Origin: Marsupella aquatica
Lineage: Eukaryota; Plantae; Marchantiophyta
Assembly: GCA_973895155.1 (NCBI GenBank)
Contig: OZ316891.1
Coordinates: 12,986,937-13,050,936 of the forward strand
Reading direction: 5' to 3'
DNA length: 64,000 nucleotides
Part shown: in pieces, positions 12,271 through 23,396 of the stretch
How the letters are laid out: each line of letters starts with the position of its first letter
How positions within the stretch are numbered: position 1 is the first letter of the stretch
Translations under genes and position numbers: made by a program
Notes under the pieces: model-generated
Told to the model about the DNA's origin: nothing
What the model saw: the letters and a program-made list of their open reading frames with translations, nothing else
The model's database searches: none

Positions 12271-12810
12271 AATAGGGCTTTAGTTCAATTATGGGGCTTT
12301 AATATTCTTTTCCTGTTGATGGGGCTCACAAACTTTTTTGCTCTTTGGTCTTCCTTGGTATTCTTCAATAGGGCTTTAGTTCTCTCAAGCTTTTTTGGTC
12401 TTTGGTCTTCCTCGGTATTGTTCAATAGGGCTTTAGTTCTCTCAAGCTTTTTAGCTCTCTGGTCTTCCTGGGTGTTGTCAATACGGCGTTCTCTCAAGCT
12501 TTTTTGCTTTTTGGTCTTCCATTAGCTTTTTTGGTCTTTGGTCTTCTCTCAAGCTTTTTTTGCTTTTTGGTCTTCCTGGGTATTGTTCAATAAGGCTTAG
12601 TTCTTTTGCCGTTGATGGGGTTCCAACCTTTTTTGCTCTTGGCCTGCCTGGGTCCGCTGGTGGGGCTCTCAAGCTTGTTGGCTCTTCATCTTCCTGGATT
12701 TTGTTGTCTATAGTTCTTTTGCTATTCATGGGGCTCCCAAGCTTTTTTGCTCTTTGGTGGCTTTCTTACTCTTTAGTTCTTCCTGGGTTTTTCCCTGGTT
12801 CCTGCGCTTA
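12271..12810. repeat. Degenerate ~60-bp pyrimidine-rich tandem array
   Basis: Recurring TTCAATAGGGCTTTAGTTCTCTCAAGCTTTTTT..TCTTTGGTCTTCCT.GGT units. Confidence 0.8.
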
Positions 12811-13623
12811 ATTTGTGTCTCCAGCCTTTGGGATCCTTCCTCCCGGTAATGGATGTGTTCACTCATAAGGGCAAGAGTCACCCTTCTGCTCAATGCGCAC
12901 CGTCTCATAATGCTAGAAGGAGGGGGGCCAGTGCTACGCAAAGCAATGCACACCGCCATGGCAGTGCTAAAAGAAGAGAGGGTACAGTAGGTGGTCATCG
13001 AAAATAATGGATGTATGATACTGTGGTGGCCTTTGCTGTTCACAAGATCAACCTGGTGAGAAACCAGGTGCAAATGACGAATAAAATGAGAACTTTATTT
13101 ATAAATCTGTGGTCGAGCGTACAATCCCACGGGTGGGGGTAGTGTCAAACATTGCGGAATTTGTTCCGTTGGAGCGGGCTAGTGTTCTTTTAGTTTTCTG
13201 GTGAAGGCGCGGTGGCAAGAAGTCAAGAGCGCATGGACTCGTACAACGCGCGAGGCACTGGTTCACTATCCAACCTCTCAAGTGGTGCAAACTGTCGTGA
13301 CTGACTGTAAATATCATATTTCAAGCCCTCGAGGCAGCTTAAATTCTTCGAACTGGCTGACGGGTTTGCACAAGGTATGTAGTCGTATAGTTCGGACAAG
13401 GAGGTAAGGCTCTGGTAAATTCTCCGAGAATTCCTCGCCAAATCGTGCTAAAGCTCATCCTGTTAGTGTAAGCGATGGAAAAGAATGCCAGAAAGCCAGT
13501 TCCAAATACGTTCTAGTCCACTGCAGTATTCCCTTGTCATTGGCCATTTCTAGATTGTGAATCTCTATATTAGACACTAAAGCTTCCTATTCTTTTGACC
13601 CAATTTTCCTGGAAACTGTCCAC

Positions 13624-16600
13624 TCATTGTTTCTTTTCTTCTAGGCCAAGCCTTGCACGGAAGTCGGCTATCATGAGGGGTAGTCCCTCGTGAAGGGAAA
13701 CCTGCACAAGGACAACAACGACAAAGATATCGATGCGTCGGTGAGGGAACAAAACAAACCATGCCGAAATAAGAAAATTTCAGGTTGGCCCAAATATGCC
13801 AAATAGGTTTTAAAGGGTAAGACTTTACAGTTGGTTTCCAACCAAGAAGCTTGGTGGCCTTGGTGATATCAGGCTTGCGTTGTCGCGGATCATCAGGTGT
13901 GTTCTCCACAATCTTATAAGACGTTGAAGGCTTAATCAGCTGATCAAACAAGACCCAGAGTTAGCCTTGGCCTTTACCCTTCTTCAACTTCAATCGAGAC
14001 TGTTAATCAGGTCTTATGTCCCTAGAACCGTTTTACTCTTTTGAATCCTCTTTACAAGGTCTGTTTTGTATCAAAGACGAGGCGAGGAACACACACAAGA
14101 TGGTGTGACAAACCTCCTGCACAGCCTCTGCAAGCTCCAGCATTGTAAATTCTCCTGTGGATTAAAGCAAGTCATAAGAGGTATCAGGAAGGAGCGGTAC
14201 AGGAAAATGAACCCTATGATTCTCCCCAAAGATGGCAGAGTTGTAGAACACTACTGTTTCTCTTCAGTGAAAACACTCGAGAGGGAAGAATCACACAATC
14301 CAAGGAAATGTAGATTTATACGTAAAATGGAAAACAATATGAAACCCACCTGGATTCCCAATGTTGATAGGACCGGTATTCTCTCCCCCCATAAGGCGAA
14401 TTAGTCCATCAACCTACAAAATCACTCCCGAAAACACCTCTGTGTGAAAACTTTCTCACCGATAATTGGACATCTTGCACCCCCCAATTACGTGTCCAGG
14501 ATAACGACAGGTAAATATCATGAAAGCACTGATACACTAGAAATCCCTCTAATTGGGACCTCTTGATCTCAAAATCCGTTCACCATTTCCGAGTACACTG
14601 TCGTTCTCAAAGCAGTGTTGGGGTGAGGTCTCAAAGGTTTGCTGGACATTACGAATGCACTCTAGCCAAAGTTTGAAGAACTTTAAAGACCGAGCACTTC
14701 GACATGGATACTTTCATAGATGAAAAGAGTGAAACATGACAGGTCTAATACTCTAGAGACATCACTATACATTGAGAAGTTCCAGCCTAACATGAAAGCA
14801 GTAGATCCATACCATATCCGATACATAGCAGAAGCTGCGAGTTTGAGTTCCAGGAGCTTGTACTGTTAAGACTTCGTTCCTGCGATGGGAAAATATCGAA
14901 AAAATTTCAAGGAGGGAAAGCAGTGGCCATGAAGGGGAGTTCACTATGTGCTTCAACCTGAAGTCCTTGCCCCCGGTAGATTGAGCATTTAGAATGGTAG
15001 TGGCCCAAAAATTTACTCTTTAATGCCGTCATTTTCTCAACTACATAGAAGAATGCACTTGAAAACAAGGAATCTATCTCTTGGTTTTGGGATGTTCTCA
15101 TGTGTGCGATTACACATTTTCCATCTTTGTATCGAAAGAGATTCCTCGATTACTACACTGCAAAGCTGTTTCCGCCCTCACTCCGAATGGAGCCAAATAT
15201 GCAGTGGGTGAAGATATTGCTTCTAACTTGGATCAACTACCTGAACCTTGAACATAATCTTAAGCTCTTAATTGAAGTGTCCACATTACAACTTGAATGC
15301 ATATCTAACCACCAAAAGTTGGGCAAGCTTGGATTTCTGTTTCTAAAGCAACATTGGAAAAACAATGACCACAGAAGCAGCAATGTAGCAACAAGGCATG
15401 GATTACCTCAAAGCTTGAGCAATGAAGTTACTAACAACACGTCCATCATCTATATTCATTCGCGGTCCATAAGTGTTGAAGATCCGAGCAATTCGAATTT
15501 CTGTGTCACAAATCGGAGTCTCCCAGAAGTTAGCAAGACCCCCATTCACCTGAAAGTATGGAGGAGTTGACTCTCAAGGGATCAGCAAGATTACAAACTT
15601 GATACACGTTAAAGGATACCAAGGGTGATCATTTACCAATGCCATGCTGACGATGATAATCAAACATAAGGGTTTCTGCAACTCGCTTGCCTTCATCGTA
15701 GCAGCTCCTGACTCCTGCGGAACAGAATGCAACCAACGAGTTGATTCCTAAAGCGTTCATAACTGGACGATGGCAACAGGCGATAAAGCTTCTAGTAGAT
15801 TTTTTTCTCGGCGTGCCCGTCACTCGCCTATACTAGATGGGATAGATGAGCAGGGAGGGTACCAAGTGTAAAAGCCGCAGCAACAGCGGCAAGTTCAAAA
15901 TTCCTCCAAATATGCGGTCATCACAGTACCATGTTTGTTGTTAATTGATGTTACAAGGACAGTATACCTTACAACAATGATGAGAAAGCACGTACCGATT
16001 GGATTGACATTTCCCCAGTATTCTTCCGTCTGTGGATGCTCCAAGGGGTCCCCGTATACCTCCGAAGTTGACGTCAATAAAATTCTGCTCAGAAGCAAGT
16101 GCTTTGTTTATCAGAATAAAAGCAAGCAGGTAAGCCTGTGCTCAAACATTTCTCCCAAACCGATGGTGCTCCACACAGGAACATTTCACTGCGAGGGGGC
16201 CTCTGCATGCTGAAAACTCTAGCGGAGGTAGCCATGATAGAGGCTTGGAGTGATTGGGCAAGTAGACGTGGGGATCACAAAACCAAGACTATCTGAGTCA
16301 AGGAGATGGATAGAGGAGACCTTCGCAAGTTGAGTAGTAGAACTGCAAACGAAACTTGGAATAGGTCTTCATCGTAATTACAAAGTATAAAAGCCCGAGA
16401 AACTGTTGCCTTAAAATCGAAGTTTGCATCGAAAAGCTAACTACAATGCTCAGAAAGATGACAGCAAAGGAGGAGGGCGGCTATTGTCTCTTTCAGTATG
16501 ATGGATCGTTGGGGAAACATACCTCGCCCCAACACGTTTTGCCAACCCAAGCATATTCAGAGTGCCCATGACGTTTGTTTTGATTGTCTGGCAAGGCACG

Positions 16601-18011
16601 GTACAACGACGCCAGTCAACTTGAGCATCAGATCGCGGCTGTAAGTTTACGAAAGATTGTTCGCATCGGAAAATTGTTTTCTACAGAAATGTCGGCATGT
16701 CAAATCATGGACAGACCTTAACAGGATTGTGCTTGTAGAAAATGGGGGAAGCTGGACACGCCAAATGGTAAATCTGATCCACCTCCAGCAAAAGTGTCTC
16801 CGTGACATCTGAATTTACAATAGCCAATCTTCAGTAATAACTCATATCAGGAGGACGAAGTGCTACATTTGCTTCGGGGAAATAGTTGCCAATTAACAGA
16901 CGGTCTATTGCTCGCCACTTTTAAGCTTTCGTAGAAGTGTGGCAGAGACACGAATTGCTCAACAAACGAATCCCTTACGAATACTAGTTTGATACAATCT
17001 TTAAGGTCCTTCAGCAAGTAAAGCATTCGCAAGTCTAAATTGCAGTTAAGCGAAGTAGCTGAACTATCACGGTGGAGTTTACCATGCCGAATGAGCTCAA
17101 AATTCGGGTGCCCTATCCAACGTTTCAAATTTTCCTTGGAGCCCGTGAAGAAATTGTCTGCCACAATTACCTGCTCGTGACATTAAAAGAAACATCAGGA
17201 CTCTTATCTTTCAAGCCAACCATGACACACCACTTCCATTTCGTTATATTGTACCTCATTTGTACCAGCTTCCATTAGGCGATCCACCAAATGAGATCCA
17301 ATGAATCCCGCTCCCCCTGTCACCAGAATTCGCAGTTTTGCCTGCAGACCAACGGGAATTTTCATAGCACAGGTTAGAATAGCAGAGGAACTGGTCTTTA
17401 ACAAGTGCAAAAGCAGATCATATGTCTACGCCCGTTAGCTTATCTGACTATCGTCAGGCTATCACGAAGACTGCCTACGCAATGGACGGTTAACATCTGA
17501 GGATCCAAACGTTTCGTAGATCCATATACTTAAGCAGTTGGCACAAATACAAAAGGGGCACAGAAATCTAATTATTGATCACTCCGAACTTTAAGCCTGC
17601 CCCGATCTTGGAAGCTGGAACAAGTACGACGAATAGAGAAGGCTAGATTCCACCGCGACCATTCTTGAAATGAAATCTAGCTGAGCGACCATCCTACGGT
17701 GGTTCACAGCCAAGCGCCTCTCTCCCTGTACAGCCTAGGATGCAAGAACCTTGTTCTCAAAGAAGGAGTGAGCGGCCAATGGCTATATTGACACTCTGAC
17801 AACGTGTCCTTGCGTTTCTAATGCTTAAATTCCATAAGATCGAAGCCGAGAACAGGTAATTTCCCTATTCTTTCAGCCTCCTACGACTTCATAGTGAAAG
17901 CATAATCAGTTCATCGAGCCTCACCGTCATGTATTTCGAGGATCGGAGCGGAGACGGCGTCGGAGGAGCCTTTATGGTAGAGCCCTCGCCATTGGCGCTT
18001 CCGTTCGCCAT
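13624..18011 (-). CDS. UXS: UDP-glucuronic acid decarboxylase (UDP-xylose synthase), cytosolic UXS3/5/6 type, 346 aa
   Basis: 13 GT-AG coding exons: 18011-17925, 17341-17255, 17170-17083, 16808-16717, 16587-16523, 16084-15996, 15714-15637, 15500-15407, 14879-14813, 14413-14350, 14154-14114, 13939-13829, 13701-13624 (1041 nt, in frame). Motifs [54 protein letters not shown] and [10 protein letters not shown]. No N-terminal transmembrane segment. Probable 5' UTR intron 18821-18017. Confidence 0.96.
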
Positions 18012-19291
18012 GGTGCCTATGACCAGATGAGCATTAACGATAGGAGAAAGTCAGAATGCATTACATAATGCGCTTCAGCCGGGTCCTGAATCTGAGATCT
18101 GAGATCTAGTTTGACAAAGTACATCCGATCAGTTCTTCAAACATACTATCCCGCATTATTGTCCTTCACAATTTCTACCTATAGACAGCCGATAATTTGA
18201 GACATTTCACCGTCAAATTGGAATGCTCAATTTCCAACACAGTTTCTTCCAGTCAGTAAACTCTGCTGGAAGAAACAAGGAAATCTACTTGAACTTAAGA
18301 TGCCTGATTCGCATGAAGCTTCACAGCTTGCTACTAGCTGATCCGACCTGGAGTGGGCTTCGCTTTGGATCAAACACATCTGAGGAGCTGTTCGACAAAC
18401 AGAGTCGAGAATGCACGACGAATGCATCACATTCCGCCAATTCGCACCAGATGATAGGGTGAAAGAGCATCTACGACTTAAAACACGAAAGAATCAACTC
18501 TAACCTTGAACACGAGCCACACCTCGATCGACGACGATGAACACTTCGACAGAAAATTCCGACGAGAGATCTTCCAATCAAGATCAGAAATCGAGGTTCG
18601 CAGAATGCATACAGGGCGCATTGTTGCGGTGAGTCAGGGTCGTAGCGACTCAGGGGCACAGCAGACCACCGGATACCTCGGATTGGCATTATCCGACCGG
18701 AAAGAAAGCAGAGAGAGGAACAGGCAGACACTCCACGTCAAGAACGAGCGGCTGAAGGACGGAGGACGAGAACGAAATCTCTCTCAAACAAACACAAAAG
18801 CACTAGGAAAGACGTACGTACCTTGCGCCACGGGAATTGAATTCGATCGTAAGAGACGGAACAGACCCCGCGTTTTGCTGCAATCTTCGACAGACTCCTC
18901 GCAGGACGCAGACAAAGATCACAGCGACTGAGATCGTGCAGAGCACTGATCAGCTCTCCTCCTCCTCCTCCGAGGGAGAGACCAATGCGAGAATGATGTA
19001 GAGTGTAGACGGCGAGGCTCCACTGTTGCAGAGTTTTCACGACACTGACCAGAGTAATCGAGAACGCAGCGAGACGAGAAATAGCTGTCCATTCGCTGTC
19101 CGGTCTACGGCGTCTTGATAACTACACTGTACGCTCGGACACGCCCAATACGGAAGACGGAGTATAACGCTCCACTCTGTGAGCGTGTGTGCCTGTTTGA
19201 AGAGTGATGAGTCCTGTAAGCTGCTGGCTGCCGTCCGATCCACATCCACGGCGCACAGTGCCCACAAAGGTCATGAAGTGGGCTTTTCTTG

Positions 19292-19309
19292 AATATATAT
19301 ATAATATAT
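19292..19309 (-). promoter_or_regulatory. TATA-like element upstream of the UXS 5' UTR exon
   Basis: The only (TA)-rich tract just upstream of the CT-rich leader that ends in the donor AAG|GTACGT at 18822/18821. Confidence 0.4.
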
Positions 19310-19659
19310 CTCACTAGCCCAATGCTGGTGTGTTGTAGAGTACCGTCCGTAATGCTGTTGAGCACAAGTGAAATGGCCAAAGAGTGGGGCATTGCTAGGC
19401 ATCCGCCAGTGGGTCTGACAACTAAATCTCAATGAGTGTGCGATTTGTGGAACTAGTCGTCAGTCGTGGGTACCAGTTGTTTGAAAGTGAATAGAGTAAA
19501 GTGTCATAAAAGTATCAACAAAGTATATTCTCTATTCCCATTTTTCGAAGGTTAATGAAATGATTAAAAAAACCATAATACAGGTCATACTTTTGACAAT
19601 CATGCATAACATACCATTTTACTTTCTATGCACATACCTCTTTCCCTGCAGATATATTA

Positions 19660-19795
19660 TGTATAGGGTAATGATTCTTTGGTCTAGGGTTACTAGTTTG
19701 TAACCTTGTGACCAGAAAGTGAGGAAACATTGACCGGTGGTGTTTCCAGCTGAGACATGTTTCCGGTGGCACTGGGAACAGCTGGAATGGGTACA
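19660..19795 (+). mobile_element. Short copy A of an interspersed TSD-less repeat family (possibly Helentron/HINE-like)
   Basis: Begins TGTATAGGGTAAT..TTGGTCTAGGGTTAC..TGTGACCAGAAAGTGA and ends GAATGGGTACA. These match the reverse complements of 34349-34595 and 44962-45326. Confidence 0.6.
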
Positions 19796-20277
19796 TTTGG
19801 GTCCATCTCATGGGCAAGAAAAAATGTCACTCACCATACACCAATGGCTATGGAGACCTTCCATCAGAATGACATTTCATCAATGACTATATATTACAAT
19901 ATTTAGATTGCCAAAGAACACAGTGTGAAACTTGGAGACAAGATCCCAACAACAGGAGACCCTATAGAGAGAAGAAAACAAGAGGAAAACCCAAGAACAC
20001 CAAAAAGCCAAAAATCCCATGATTTCATTACAAGAATCTCCCACAAGAGCAAACTAGATCCTTATTGACAGCAAACCCCATAGGAGGGTCATGAAGAGGA
20101 ATTTGTTCCCAATCTACAATAATACTCTTAGACCTCAATAAGTGAATTCCTCTGTAGGTGCAAGAATCTTTGTGTAACACAGATGTTGACACATAAATTG
20201 TAGCTTCCCTCCATATCTGATTAGTACAACAATCTTCCGCCGCTAAGACCATTCTTTTCTAGAAAGATGGACCAATA

Positions 20278-20556
20278 GGTGCAATTTCCTTATAGATGCG
20301 CAAGTTTGTTGATATTGCACTTTCTACTAAGTGCAATATTGCTTGGAAATTGCAATTACCATTAGTGCAACATTTGAATTGTCTTGTGTGTATATTGCAC
20401 TTAATTATATTGCAATGTATTGGTCAGTGCAAGTGTATGTAAGAATTGCACTTATCAGGATTCTGATAAGTCCTCCTAAGGTTGCACTTATCAATACTTG
20501 CGATTTGGCAAGTTTATTACAATTACCAATCAATTGCAATTTTTAGTAAATGCAAG
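20278..20556. repeat. Array of short TTGCAC/GTGCAA/TTGCAA motifs in both orientations
   Basis: More than a dozen TGCA cores within about 280 bp. Confidence 0.6.
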
Positions 20557-23396
20557 AAGATGGGTGTATCCGAGCCCTCGTTCTTACCACGACCTCACAC
20601 TCTACAATTGGTATGTGAGGGAAGGGTGTATTGTAGTTGTAGGGTAGTTTGTATAGGATTCTGCACTCCTCCAAAAGCAAGAGTGTTTGCCAAGATGGCA
20701 GGAGAGGTCAAGTGCTGCACTCTCGTTTGCAGGGGTGCTAAAGCCTTCATAAAGTACCTGCCATGAGTTACGGCACCCAGTAAAAATCTGTCACCTGCCA
20801 GTGGTCATCTGATTCTTGGCCAATATTTATTTAAAACTAATTTCCAGTTTATTCGGCATGAACCACAATGATGGGGGGAACTAGCAGGCCTCAGACGTAT
20901 GCTAGGGAAAATGGACTAGAAAGGCCACAAAGAGAGAAAGAGTGGCAAGGGCACAGTGACCACTAAAAATCAGAGCAACCCTGATCAATAGCAAAACATA
21001 CCCATGATGCTTTTTGGATTTATGGTTTCACTGTCTTTGATCGGAATCTAGCAATACTTGGCTTGGTACAAAGTTTACTCATTCCTCTTCCGTTTGAGCT
21101 GTATGTGGTGCATTTGGACGATCAGGAGTAGCAAAGAAATCTCACTTGCAAGATTACTAGATGGGTGTTTCGCTGACACACCTTGATTTTCAAATTCAGT
21201 CAAGACTCTGATGGGAAACCCGTGACCTTGATAGACAGAAAACCCATCAAAGCCCTGCAGGTCCAGTTTGACAGGCCCTAATAGTCCCTGTGTGCAGGGA
21301 CTAATACAGGATGACCTAGGGAAACAAAGGGTGCCATGGTTAATGTTGTAGTTTGTTTTCGTTCTTATTTTTCTTAACAATCCAATTCAAATTCAAATTA
21401 ACAAACACAGGTTAAATTTCACTGGCTTTGCTCAAAATTGATTTAAAATAGAAACCATGTTATTTTCTAAGGACAATTTATCTCAGTTGGTGATATATAA
21501 CACTCCCAAACACTCCCAAAGAGCAAAAGATGTCAAACCGGGAGACAGGATCCCAAATTCTAAGACCCAATAAAGGAAAGAAAACAAGGGGAAACCCTGG
21601 AAGACCAAAGAGCCTAAAAGCCCAGGAGTCCCAACACAACAAAACAAGTCTAGCCATATCAAGCAATAAAGGGAAGAAATAATGGATAACCCAGGAAGAG
21701 CATAGAGCCAAAAAGCCCAAGAGTCTCAATAACAACAAAAGAAGTAAAGCCATACCAAGCAACAAATTTAATGCCCCTTAGAGCTATTGAGTAAACCGCA
21801 TAGTAAGGTCACAAAGTGAAATTTGACAAGAAATTGACAAGAATGGGGAATGCTGGAGCCATTTGTACTTGAACGGAGAGTGATTGTGGGCTACTTTTGT
21901 CATCTGAAAACCTACAGGAGCTCAAGGCAGTGCTTTATGGAGATAGAAAAGACACAGATGGAGACAATTAGTTCAGTCTTTAGTACCACCAAAGCTATGG
22001 GGGGGACCCATGTCCTTGCTTGTAGGCTCCTCAGCTCTATAACCGTGGACTTGAGCAATCAATTACTGGTTAGCCAGGTCTGTGGCCAAAGCTGGAAGTC
22101 CCCCCATTTCGAGTGGAAGGGACACACCCTCACGTTTATTAAGATATCCGCTGGTCTCTACTATATCAAGGTAGAAAAAATTGGAACGGTCTCAATCCTC
22201 AGTCCCCAGAATGATAGGCATTGTTAGGGTCCTAAAGATGGTAGACAAAATACGTCCACAGCACCTACTCAACACTTCTCCTCAGTCTCATCTTCATTTG
22301 TTTCTTGGTTGCCCAGTATAGAGCTCCATGGCACAGATTTGCTCCTCTCAACTTGTGCTTGTTTTCAAGTCGAATCAATCTTCATTGTAGATTGAATTCC
22401 AGAAGCTCCCTCTCAACACGAGTGCATCGGACACAATGACGTGACTTCTCTTCCTTTCTTAGGGTTCTAAGACGTAACCCCTGGAGCAAGGGTTTTAGTT
22501 TCTTAAACCAACATCTGAAATTTAACAAAAGGTAAAGCTGTAACTCATCATCCAGGCTCTCCAGTGGGTTACGACCATTGTATCTGCTCTCCACACCATT
22601 GATGAGTTAGAAACAATAGCAAAATACAAAGACAATAGTCGGGTAGGATTATTCCTTTACTGTACCGTATTCCTTACTGTCCCTGTAACCGTGCACCAAA
22701 AGATCAGGCTTTTCTCCATTGGGAGCAATCTAACTGAGTGTCCTCCCTGGCCTCTCACAAAATTTGACCCTTGTCATTGATGTCCAACAAAGTTTTTGAT
22801 TCCTCATCATGCAGCAGAATGGCTCAATGAGGGAATTACCAAAGGCTCGGATCCGTTTAGCAGAGAAGAAACTTACGATTGTACATATATAGCAGCAGCA
22901 GATTGCATTTTGTTGGCCCCAATACTATACTTCAAGGGTCGAACCATTGCATTGCTGTCTGTCACCCTTCAGCGAGACTCGAGAGAAGACAAACAATTTG
23001 CTGCTTTATATCCAGCTCTCAGAATTTTATATAATGACTTTGAACTATCCTGTCAATGTGCCCCACAGTGCTGCTGTCTGAAAAATGCAGCTACTGGTTT
23101 AGATGACAAAAGGCCATTCTACAAATCTTTGCAGAAAATACTTCGTACAATGTGTTCCTCGTCACTTTCAAGGCCCTGCCAACTCGGTTAAGTACACCCG
23201 CTCCTTGATAATAGAATATTGAGCTTAGTAAGTAGCACACTACAGAGTGAACAAATTTCTACTAGGATCCACCTGAAGAAACTCAACATAGCGTTGATCT
23301 CTTGTCATCCTGGTGAGGCAATCCAGTCGACCTAATTGCAGCCGCAGATAACCTGCCTAAATTTTGTACATATACATCAAATTAATGAATATCACC

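Noticed and set aside
12259-12811. Hydrophobic and Lys/Glu-rich repeat ORFs
   Set aside because: Translations of a low-complexity tandem array.
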